34,634 bases of DNA from Octopus bimaculoides (taxonomy: Eukaryota), in NCBI RefSeq assembly GCF_001194135.2, contig NC_068997.1, positions 3,642,171 through 3,676,804 of the forward strand. Direction: 5' to 3'. The notes beneath the pieces are model-generated. The model worked only from the letters and a program-made list of their open reading frames with translations, was not told the DNA's origin and made no database searches. The translations under genes and the position numbers were made by a program. Below are positions 13,487-23,468 of the stretch, piece after piece; the stretch's first letter is position 1; every line of letters begins with the position of its first letter.

Positions 13487-15846
13487 TGTATATTTTGGTA
13501 AAGACACAAATCGAACAGGGGAAATAATACAGTTGGACAACATGAGAGCTTACAAGATGTAGACAAAAAAATGCGAAAATCCACGGACAAAATATAAACC
13601 CTGAAAAATACGTTAAACATAAAATGTTTTACATAGTGAATAGTACCCCGAAATAGTACCGACGTGTCAGATGAACACTTCGTTAAAGCAAAATAAATAA
13701 TAAGGAGAAAGAAACAAGGAAAGAAATTTTAGATTACATGTTTATCGTTCGAATGCATGCTGCAAAATATTTTCACATATACATATTCTTTTTCAGTATA
13801 CTTTTGATTTCAAAGAATTTTTTATAATTTTTTACAGCTTGACCAATTCTACAAAAGTCAGAATCTGCCAGGCTATGTTGATGTACAATTAGAAAATATA
13901 TCGTGAGTTAATTTTTTAAAATAATTATCTTGGCGTAGCCCTATCCCAGCACTCATCCAGGAAACATATCTATAATCCAGGCATATATATGTAATATTTC
14001 AATGAGCAATTATTTGATCCTAGCAGCCGTTAATCTGCCGTATGCGTGTATGTTTTATAGAGCATAAAATAATCTATAATTTTCGTATTTTATTAATGCT
14101 ATAAATGCACACAATTACACGTACGCACACGCAAGCAAACACACAGATACACATCCGTGAGCGCGTGACAGAACATCCTTCAACAGAAAACATTTATTTA
14201 CACGTCACAGACTTTCTTTTTATTTAGTTATAGGTTGGCGGATGGATTCTAGTCCTTGTTTTTCTGAACGTTTGATTGCATCACATTAAATATTTTGTGA
14301 TATTCAATGAAAATACTCGTAGTTGTGTTAAACATACCCAGCAATATGTCCAAGTAATTTTCTTTGAGACACCAACATATTTTTTATCTGATAAAATCAA
14401 ATGAATGTATTGTCAGTTTTAAATATGTTACTGACATTCTAAGCTTAACTCTTCGTTATACTTCTCGTACTAACTATGTATTTTGGAGATAATCATAATT
14501 GGTTAATGGCTATCAAGCAGCAGAATAGAAGAGATACAGAAATCTATGTTGCACGTATTGCCTGGACCATTTGAAAGCTTGAGCCTACTGGGCAATTGGC
14601 CGTGGAGTGGGGCCGCATTTAAGGACCCAATTCAAATTTGTGTTTAGTGTAGTTATGTTATAGAAGCCTCAGAGCATTTCTCTGCTTGGGAAGCTATAGT
14701 AATGTTGAAGTGAGCCTGCCTACTGCTGAGGCTTTATTCTATTATATTACTAAAAGAAGAATCTCCAGATATCTTGACCGTGTCCTTGCCCTCCTAGTGG
14801 CTTCCCTCCTCTCTCACATCCAAGACACCAACCATGCGCTTCGTTTGTTCAACTCTTTCTCCTTCCTTCCTGGCCCCTCTAAACTTCTCTTCACTCTCGA
14901 CATCCAGAACCTTTACACGGTGATCCCTCACCACGAGGGGATGAGTGAACTCCAGTATTTCCTTGACTTTCGAACCAACCCCCAACCCGACACATCCACA
15001 CTCGTTCGTCTGGCCGAACTTACCTTCTCACTCAACTGCTTCCCGTTCGCTGGTGATTTTTACCAGAATCTCGGAAGTAGCCATGGGAACTAGAATGGGC
15101 CCCAATTATGCGAGCTTGTTCGTTGGCTACGTTCAAGCCCAAATATTCTCTGAACCCGGAACCATGTGACTAGGAAATAAACGTCTTACCATACAGACAC
15201 ACCTGCGTTTGTATGCGTTTTGTATTAATTTATGAAGAATGTTCTTCCTTCTTTAACATCGTACAGTTTTGTTTCAGAGGGAGTTTTAGAAGGATTTCTA
15301 GCAGGTCAAGCTACCGTACATAGCTTTCTCTGTTGTGATCAGGTTTCAGTAAATGCTCAAAATTGTCAAGTTGAAGCCTCTACACAGTCGTTCGGCAGGC
15401 TAGAAATAACAGCCTAATCTCCTTCAGATCATTCTCTACAGTCTTACATAAGATACCACATATTAGATAATGTGGTAAAGTAGATCTAAAAACTACAAAA
15501 GAGTCGGGATGTTCATATTGTTGGAATACTTTTGATCGTAAGTTTGCTCGATCAGGTTTCACCGAGGCTACCCAAGAACAGCTCTGTTAGAAACAAATAT
15601 GGAAGCCTCCACATGATCACTAGTCCTGCTCAATCTGCTTAAACATTGTAACGGAATCTCCCTCAAATTCCACACACTGTCATTGTATATATAACAGCTA
15701 CAAAAACAAAAACAGCCATGAAGTATAATTTATACAACAATTATTACCTGATACACCTTTCTTGTTACATACAGACACATACACACACAAACAAAAATTC
15801 AAACACACATACTCACACACAAACCTTTTCTCCCCTTCCTTCTTCA

Positions 15847-15877
<31 letters not shown>

Positions 15878-17621
15878 GTCTCTCTCAAACACTCACGCAC
15901 AAGCACGTATAATAAATTTTAATTTTGATTTTTGCAGGAAACATGCCAACGATATAACAGTGAAACACCGCGTTAACTTCGATCGTTTTGTTGATGAAGA
16001 CACTTTACGAAGGATAAGTCAAGTTCTTTTCCAAGCTTATCGCAACGAATCTCTCACAGGAATTGTGTGGAAAATGATCAGTATACCGCATATTCATTAC
16101 AAAAATATCACTTGTAAGCAATACCTCAGTGTTCAAAATTTTCATTCTGTGATTCCTATATTCTTCTGCACTTTTATTCACTTACTGCGTGCGCCCATGT
16201 TGTCAATTGTATATCGAATCTAGCCCCTTTTTCTGTATATGTATGTATTTATAGTATATATATATATATATATATGTATGTATATATATATATANNNNNN
16301 NNNNNNNNNNNNNNNNNNNNNNNNNNNNNNNNNNNNNNNNNNNNNNNNNNNNNNNNNNNNNNNNNNNNNNNNNNNNNNNNNNNNNNNNNNNNNNNNNNNN
16401 NNNNNNNNNNNNNNNNNNNNNNNNNNNNNNNNNNNNNNNNNNNNNNNNNNNNNNNNNNNNNNNNNNNNNNNNNNNNNNNNNNNNNNNNNNNNNNNNNNNN
16501 NNNNNNNNNNNNNNNNNNNNNNNNNNNNNNNNNNNNNNNNNNNNNNNNNNNNNNNNNNNNNNNNNNNNNNNNNNNNNNNNNNNNNNNNNNNNNNNNNNNN
16601 NNNNNNNNNNNNNNNNNNNNNNNNNNNNNNNNNNNNNNNNNNNNNNNNNNNNNNNNNNNNNNNNNNNNNNNNNNNNNNNNNNNNNNNNNNNNNNNNNNNN
16701 NNNNNNNNNNNNNNNNNNNNNNNNNNNNNNNNNNNNNNNNNNNNNNNNNNNNNNNNNNNNNNNNNNNNNNNNNNNNNNNNNNNNNNNNNNNNNNNNNNNN
16801 NNNNNNNNNNNNNNNNNNNNNNNNNNNNNNNNNNNNNNNNNNNNNNNNNNNNNNNNNNNNNNNNNNNNNNNNNNNNNNNNNNNNNNNNNNNNNNNNNNNN
16901 NNNNNNNNNNNNNNNNNNNNNNNNNNNNNNNNNNNNNNNNNNNNNNNNNNNNNNNNNNNNNNNNNNNNNNATATTCATTACAAAAATATCACTTGTAAGC
17001 AATACCTCAGTGTTCAAAATTTTCATTCTGTGATTCCTATATTCTTCTGCACTTTTATTCACTTACTGCGTGCGCCCATGTTGTCAATTGTATATCGAAT
17101 CTAGCCCCTTTTTCTGTATATGTATGTATTTATAGTATATATATATATATATATATGTAGACATGTGTGTGCGTGTGCGTTTGTATGTATGTATGTGTGT
17201 TTGTATGTGTGTGTCTGTGAGTGTGTCTGTGAGTGTGCGCGCGAGATGGTGCGAATGTAGATCTGCGCACACATGCAGATTCGTGTGAGTACATACACGC
17301 AGATATAAAGGCATATAGATACACACATATATACATAAATACTTGTACATCTACCGGCCCTTCCTACTTGCCCCCAACCACGCGACCGATGTCTTGGACG
17401 ATTTCGTGTCCACCATGTGGTATTTTTCCTGCAATTGCTGTCGCTGCAATATCATAATCAAACTGCGACACCACATGACCTTTCTTGACCAATCGCTGGC
17501 TAACATCTAGTAGCAAACATTAACTTTCTTCCATCGAACTTTCATTCAAACTCAATGGCCAACGACTAGCGATACGCTTGAAACACAGAGTACCAAGAAG
17601 TTTAAATCAAACTGTTTTGAT

Positions 17622-17657
<36 letters not shown>

Positions 17658-18333
17658 CAAAAAAGGAAAAAGACAAAAAAACAACAACAAAAAACAACAA
17701 CGTGAGGACGTGATACAGATTGTGTTACTAGACGCTCGGGAAAGGAAAGAGAGAGAATATGACGTTTCGAGCGGAGCTCTTCTTCGGAAACAAGGAAAGT
17801 CCACAGAAGGGGAAAACGGAGGAAGAAAAAATCGCCAGCAATGTCCGACCGACCATATTATCAGATGTTGTTACGCATCATTGATCACAATGCATTTTTG
17901 CATTGTCTTAGCCTTCAAATGACGCCACTCAACTAGTTAGGCGAGCAGGTCAACATTCCCCGCTGACCGAAACAGGGAGCAACGTGTAATGAAGTGTTTT
18001 GCTGACGAGCAAAACACGCCACCCAATCAGTAAATCGAACCCACCATCTAGGGATCGTGAGTGCAAGTGCCTAACCATTAGGTATATACTTTTTATTAAA
18101 CCTGAAATAATTTCACAGACTGTTACTCAGAGTTTCACATTAGCCTTCGTCGGACATTTGTGAACATACGTATGATCATACAACTCTCCGGCGAACGGTA
18201 TTGTGAAACTCTGAGTAACAGTTTGTTACGCATATTACTCTGTCTACAGCCTTCGAGTACATTTTTCCACCTTGCTTCGCACTTATGTGCTTCCTTGCGT
18301 ATGTATGTATGTGTATATATATACATATATATC

Positions 18334-18370
<37 letters not shown>

Positions 18371-18371
18371 T

Positions 18372-18413
<42 letters not shown>

Positions 18414-21124
18414 CATGCATTTATATACGTATGCATGTATGTATAATTGTATGTATAGTTGTATTTATGTGAATTTAAACTTCTCCCTAATTCCAACAAT
18501 TTTATATTGTACATGAGCCATATGCCTCTATGTAGCTATCAAAATTATTTGTTCTTAATATCCAAACGCTCACCGTATTCAATTTGATGAATATTAAATC
18601 ACTTTATTTTTTATTTAAATTCATATCAGCCGTTGTCTTTTGTTTCTGTGGAAGCTACACTTGTATACAAATAAAAGATGGATTCCTATGCAGGTTTGTG
18701 AAAAATATATACATACTTATATAGCTACATACATACATACATACACACATACATACATACATGCATACATACATACATGCATGCATGCATACATGCATAC
18801 ATGCATACATACATATACACACACGCATATGTACTTATGTATATAGGAGGGATGCTGAAAAGTTCCTGGCTTTAAGGGAGTCACGAAAGGCCTGGCTGGA
18901 GGCCCAAACTTCAGATTTATCTTACAGGGCTCAGAAAAACTGAGGACCGATGCAATAAGTATGTGAATCTCGGAATGGAATATGTTGAATAAAATCATAA
19001 TTAACTGATCCTCCTGTATTTTCTTTTACCTCAAGCTATGAACTTTTCAGCACCTTTTCGTAAAGATACATACAGACATTTCACTTCCGAGACAAATAGG
19101 ACACAGAGATATATTATAACACCAGACTTGAGACGAGTGGCGTTGCACCCGCAAAACGGGAGAATGAGTTCGGGAATGCAACAGAGTATTACCCGATAGC
19201 CATACTGTAAAACAAAGTAAGGGTTTTACTCTATCTATCACAGACTCTAAATGTAGCTCTGACGTATGCCATATCGTTTGAGTCTATTCAATCTTCACTC
19301 ACAGCACTTGAGACTGCGTAGATATCACTTGTACAAGATGCAGTGTATTCAGATTGAACTTGAAATCATGTTGTTACGAGTTGAATGTCTTAAGCACACC
19401 GCCACACTTACATCCATTTTATTCCAAACAGAAACTCAATATCCTCTCAGATGTCATATATGAAGTTAACATTGTCGTTGTATCTCTATGTCAGCAGACG
19501 TTACATCCACTTGTGAAACTGGCATTTAAAGATTGAGACATTTAGCTACATAAGTAATATGTAATACGTGAGTTAGAGATGAAAAATAACAGAATTAATC
19601 ATTGAATACGGAAAGAAAACAATATTACTCAACGGCTGGTAATATTTTAATCACTTCAGAAAGTGCAGGAGACAAAGCACAACATGTTTTAGTTTTGTTA
19701 TGACCTCATTAGCCAAAGCTACACTTTGTCTCTACTTGTCTAAGTAGCAATGAGAGAAGCATTTCCATGTCGAGCAGTTAAGCAGTTTGAGTAGGTTTTT
19801 TTTCTTCCAGATGGACACAAAAGTATGTGTCTTTGTACAACAACTAGCATTCCGTCGGTTACGACGATGAGAGTTCCAGTTGATCCGATCAACGTAACAG
19901 CATGTACATGTGGCTGAACACTCCACAGACACGTGCATCCTTAACGTAATTCTCAGGGGGATTCAGCGTGGCACAGAATGTGACAGGGCTGGCCCTCTGA
20001 AATACAGAAACTACTCATTTTTACCAGACGAGTGGACTGGAGCACCGTAAAATAAAGTGTCTTGATCACGGGCACAACGCTCCGCCGGGAATCGAGCTCA
20101 TGATCGTAGGATCGCGAACCGAATACCCTAACCACTAAGCCACGCCCCCTCACTGTATTTTTATAACACCCGATAGACGTCATTGTTCTCGACACAAAAC
20201 TTTCCGCAGTTGAAAACTTGCTATCGGGTAAGACCACGCATATTTCAATGATATTGTGTATCCGATAGTTAGCTCTTTCCGTTTTTTCCTTCACTCTGTA
20301 GATTTGGGTTCCACATCCAAATAATTTATAATTTGGTACGTTTGATGAGAAATAACTCATTTAAACTGACGGTGGCGAGTGCCATGTATATCGTTACCGT
20401 ATAAGTAAATACACAAGTCCTTGCGTTGCTTCGGGATTAACTTTGCCTGTAATTTCCCCGGATCGATAAAATAAAGCACCAGTCCAGGTCTGAGGTGAAT
20501 GATATCAATTAATCCCCTCTCTCAACCTAGCTGGCGTTGTACCTATATTAGAAACCATTATTAATTATAACACGTTCTTCTTTGTAGGAATACAACCGAA
20601 AACGTCCCCAGCGGCTCCAGTAAGTGAAATAAATATATTCTTATTCATTCTATGATTAGCCTCAGACTAAATATGTTCATTACCTTTGAAGGAATTCCAA
20701 ATAAGGCACACTTTTAATAGTTCGAATAATTACCCAACTTTGAAATTTGCATAAATTCTTCCTTTGGTCGGTCAATATAAAAATATTTTACGAATAAGCG
20801 CAAATTCAACGGGAACTTAACCTGACACGCAAGAAAAAAATTACCAGCATAACTCATTGGAGTAAAACCCATAAAACATATAGAAACTAGTTTTATACTG
20901 AGTCGATTTCTTCCGACTACAACCAAGAGCAGGCACGATGCTGTGTCTGCAAGTATTTCCGAAATCCGTTGAAATCCGATTCGTTATATTTCAGATACTG
21001 TGACAGTAGTGCTGTCGGTGTTGTTATCATTGGCCACAGTAATAGCAATCGTTCTGGGAGGACTCTGGTATTATCGAAGACATTATTCATATCGAAACAA
21101 TTATCAAAGAACTGACCTAGACAC
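5091..21124 (+). CDS. Partial multi-exon gene (8 exons, 997 nt): mucin-like type I transmembrane glycoprotein with a divergent SEA-like domain and two 4-Cys modules
   Basis: Exons 5091-5157, 9542-9945, 11692-11750, 13838-13902, 15938-16113, 18630-18693, 20588-20619 and 20995-21124 all have AG/GT boundaries. Phases chain 1-2, 2-1, 1-0, 0-2, 2-1, 1-2, 2-1, 1-2 with no stop. The protein gives a coherent mucin/SEA-like/Cys/TM order with 7 N-glycosylation sequons. Confidence 0.85.
6167..6260. repeat. (TTC)n microsatellite, ~30 units
   Basis: Direct reading. Confidence 0.95.
8040..9255 (-). mobile_element. Decayed R4/Dong-like (RLE) LINE, RT C-terminus to zinc-knuckle region
   Basis: Minus-strand fragments [22 protein letters not shown] and [19 protein letters not shown] match the fragments at 28276-29350; many stops. 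Confidence 0.65.
9542..9945 (+). CDS. Exon: Ser/Thr-rich mucin stalk ([10 protein letters not shown]...TTS25PSP...SSLD)
   Basis: tttattttcag|A ACA ATT ... GAT A|gtatgt; 404 nt, phase 2-1; open S/T-rich frame, overlapping track ORF 9642..9953. Confidence 0.85.
9774..9848 (+). repeat. (TCA)25 microsatellite inside the mucin exon (poly-Ser)
   Basis: 75 nt of uninterrupted TCA in frame. Confidence 0.95.
10468..10575. repeat. AT-rich minisatellite (~25-28 bp, aaatgtttataaatttcaaaaatattt)
   Basis: About 4 imperfect tandem copies. Confidence 0.7.
10880..11210 (+). mobile_element. Decayed RTE-type LINE RT fragment
   Basis: [16 protein letters not shown]...LYKT...[10 protein letters not shown] resembles the RTE RI.KA..AF / LY.SETW motifs. 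Confidence 0.5.
11692..11750 (+). CDS. Exon: SEA-like domain part 1 ([20 protein letters not shown])
   Basis: tttattttatatccaatcag|AT...AAG|gtagtaagt; 59 nt, phase 1-0; it is the best candidate found that bridges the flanking phases. Confidence 0.7.
13075..13254. repeat. Inverted repeat / hairpin
   Basis: 13075-13127 matches the RC of 13202-13254 at 51/53; an inner taataaatatta pair extends the stem. Confidence 0.9.
13838..13902 (+). CDS. Exon: SEA-like domain part 2 ([22 protein letters not shown])
   Basis: ttttttacag|CTT...ATA TC|gtgagt; 65 nt, phase 0-2; L..FY and GY.xVxV pattern typical of SEA helix/strand. Confidence 0.8.
14755..15165 (+). mobile_element. Penelope-like element reverse transcriptase fragment (frameshifted)
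   Basis: ISRYLD..L...[10 protein letters not shown]...[16 protein letters not shown]...[12 protein letters not shown] / [18 protein letters not shown], characteristic Penelope RT motifs; frameshift near 15070. Confidence 0.88.
15938..16113 (+). CDS. Exon: SEA-like domain part 3 ([58 protein letters not shown])
   Basis: ttttgatttttgcag|G AAA...ACT T|gtaagc; 176 nt, phase 2-1; beta strand (ITVKHRVNF) followed by an amphipathic helix. Confidence 0.85.
16971..17159 (+). other. Exact 189-bp duplicate of 16090-16278 across an N-gap (probable assembly overlap)
   Basis: Identical sequence on both sides of gap 16295-16970, ending in a TA repeat. Confidence 0.8.
17370..17580 (+). mobile_element. Possible Penelope N-terminal ORF remnant
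   Basis: [15 protein letters not shown] resembles the PLE N-terminal H..FL..C motif; a PLE-terminus-like gacgtttcgagcggagctcttc lies nearby at ~17760. Confidence 0.35.
17918..18082 (-). mobile_element. tRNA-derived SINE 5' part
   Basis: The RC contains a tRNA-like head (A box ctaatggttagg, B box ggttcgatt); homologous to 19955-20153 and 22207-22528. Confidence 0.7.
18116..18225. repeat. 110-nt hairpin (MITE-like or pre-miRNA-like)
   Basis: cagactgttactcagagtttcaca matches the RC of tgtgaaactctgagtaacagtttg at 23/24, with imperfect pairing continuing inward. Confidence 0.85.
18630..18693 (+). CDS. Exon: Cys module 2 ([22 protein letters not shown])
   Basis: tttaaattcatatcag|CC...TGCAG|gtttgt; 64 nt, phase 1-2; same CxCG..C..CR pattern and phases as 5091-5157. 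Confidence 0.85.
18844..19062. mobile_element. Mariner-derived MITE (~215 bp)
   Basis: TIRs gatgctgaaaagttcctggctt / aagctatgaacttttcagcacc, flanked by TA; the interior encodes the mariner C-terminal remnant [18 protein letters not shown]. Confidence 0.75.
19955..20153 (-). mobile_element. tRNA-derived SINE
   Basis: RC: gtggcttagtggttagggtattcgg...gagctcgattccc...gtgcccgtgatcaagacactttatttt; tRNA A/B boxes. Confidence 0.8.
20365..20556 (+). mobile_element. Degenerate SINE
   Basis: ggtggcgag head, gatcgataaaataaagcaccag core and gtacctatattagaaacc tail, as at 33616-33806. Confidence 0.6.
20588..20619 (+). CDS. Exon: juxtamembrane linker ([10 protein letters not shown])
   Basis: ttcttctttgtag|G AAT...TCC A|gtaagt; 32 nt, phase 2-1. 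Confidence 0.8.
20995..21124 (+). CDS. Exon: transmembrane helix and start of cytoplasmic tail ([43 protein letters not shown])
   Basis: gttatatttcag|AT ACT...GAC AC|gtaagt; 130 nt, phase 1-2; about 23 hydrophobic residues followed by an aromatic/RR stop-transfer. Confidence 0.9.
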
Positions 21125-21465
21125 GTAAGTTCAATCTATCTTCTACTTTATTCCTTCTAACTTTAGTTTCAGATCTGCTAGATTACAATAAACCTAGTTT
21201 CAAACGATAACGATAACAAAATTATTTACCTATTTGAAGCCTGTTGAACTTCACGTCTCTATACCAATTACTAAAAGTGGTATGGCCTGCTCTTTTGCAT
21301 AGCACCAGATAAATGTTTACTAATGTGGTGGACTGGCAAAGCTGTCAGAGACTCACAAAATGTGTAGGGGTATTTATTTTGGCTGTATGAGCTCAAATGC
21401 CATCGATGTCAGGTTCGATCTTCCTTCGTCCGGGGTCAATAAAAATGTACCAGTTTTTATTTCCC

Positions 21466-21602
<137 letters not shown>

Positions 21603-22206
21603 ACTTTCTCCTAACTGGATACAGCCAATAAGATTGTATTTTGTAAAACTAACACTCAAACGAATGCAGCAAAGAACCCCCCGATATATATAGTCCCAGG
21701 ACAATTCTATTTAGTTAATTCAATTTTCAACATCGATAAATTATATTTCTATGGTAACAATTTTCATATCAAGAGGTTGTGTTATTTATTGATATTGAAA
21801 CCATAATACTGACTGCGAGTTATAATGATATCATACAAGACGGCAAATTGGCAAAGCGGTCAATAAAATGGCTTGCGATAATCGTTCCGGCGGTTCTCAG
21901 TCATCTAAATTCAAATCCCAAAGATATCAGGTTTGCACCTTCACAAATCCGAAAACACATGTGAAGTGTCTCACAAAACAACCTGTATATTGTCTCGCGA
22001 AACTACTTCTGTAGTGACCTACAAAAACACCTCTGTAATATCCCACGAAATTACCAGCGTATTGTCCCATGAATCTACCCAAAATACAATGTGTATCTTA
22101 TGAAAATCACTATAGGTCGTTGATTGACCCAGTGGTGTAAAGAAGAAAGACAGAAGCGACCACAAAAGTGTAAGTTGTTAACTATAGTGAGGTGAGGTGA
22201 GAGGTG

Positions 22207-22528
22207 AGACCCCTTTGGTCATGAATGACCATGGGATTGCGCTTAGAAAGTTACCCTCCGAGGCACAAGTCCGAGCAAGGTTATTTATGGAAGGCCAGCA
22301 GTCACCCATGCATACCAGCCTCCCCTCTCCACACCACTGATGTTATCCAATGGAAAGGCAAAGGGGTCGATACAACTTGGCACCAGTGACGTCGCAACTC
22401 ATTTCTACAGCTGAGTAAACTGTAGTAACGTGAAATAAAGTGTCTTGCTCAAGAATACAACACGCAGCCCGGTCCGGGAATCGAACTCGCAACCTCACGA
22501 TCGTAACCACTGAGCCATGCGCCTTCAC
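22207..22528 (-). mobile_element. Near full-length tRNA-derived SINE
   Basis: The RC begins gtgaaggcgcatggctcagtggtta...gagttcgattcccgg and ends in gaccaaagggg plus a (ctcac)n tail. Confidence 0.85.
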
Positions 22529-23018
22529 TATAGTATATGCTATTTTTTATGATGAAACAAGTCTTAAGTGCGGCTCAAATAATTCAGTGCACAGAAGAAA
22601 AAATGATTTTTAATCATTTTAAAATTCCTTCCTTAATATGAAGTAAATCTATTTCGTGTTAACAACAATTCTTATCAAGATTGAGAAGGAAAAGGAATTC
22701 GAAAATTCAAATTCATTCAAAAATGGGGATGTGTATCTGATTCTAGACGAGCTCCAGTCCACTAACACCTTTTCGGCAAAGTATACTTAGAAACAGCACT
22801 AACAAAGGTGAGAATGATTTCAGATGACACATAATGCATGCTTGCACGTATACATGCTTACATATATGTATGTGTCTATGTCGGTATGTATGTACATATG
22901 AGTGTGTCTAAATATATGTATATATATATATTTATCTATCCAACTCTCTTTTTCTCTCCCACTCTCTCTCTCTCTTTCTCTGTGTGTGTGTGTGTGTGTG
23001 TACATATATATATATATC

Positions 23019-23071
<53 letters not shown>

Positions 23072-23073
<2 letters not shown>

Positions 23074-23468
23074 GCAAAGGCGTAGCATTGTGGTAAGAAA
23101 TTTGCATCCCTACTATAAGGTTCTCCGCTGTGTGTCCCTCTGGACCGATCAAAGCCTTGTGGATGGATTTGGATTTGGTAGACAGAAACTTAAGGAAGCA
23201 CATTTTATATATTTGTGTGCATTTGTATGTGTTTGTGTTTGTGTGTGTGTGTGGATTTGTGTCTGTGTTTGCTTTCCTTCACCGCTTGACAACCGGTGTT
23301 AGTGTGTTTACCTCCACGTAACCTAGCGGTTTGGCAAAAAAAAAAGCGACCATAGAATTAGTACCAGTCTAAAAAAAGGATAAAAGTTCTGGGATATATT
23401 CGTTGGATTAAACTTCTTCAAGATGCCCCAGCTTGGCCGCGGTCTAATGACCAAAACGATTTAAAAAT
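23072..23468 (+). mobile_element. SINE with internal (GT)-rich microsatellite
   Basis: gtggtaagaaatttgc head, caaagccttgtgg..gatttggtagacagaaact body, tail shared with 1432 and 31130. Confidence 0.8.

Noticed and set aside
16090-17159. Apparent tandem duplication of the 3' end of the SEA exon and its donor
   Set aside because: The 189 bp are 100% identical, flank an N-gap and end in a TA repeat, which is typical of unmerged contig overlap. Long reads would confirm.
18119-18300. Possible exon after ttcacag ([20 protein letters not shown])
   Set aside because: The sequence is explained by the 110-nt hairpin, and 18630-18693 fits the gene much better.
21173-21191. Terminal exon TSARLQ* right after the TM exon
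   Set aside because: It would need a 48-nt intron, which is implausibly short for this genome.
22207-23468. Oppositely oriented neighbouring SINEs as an inverted-Alu-like dsRNA pair
   Set aside because: They belong to different families with little shared sequence.
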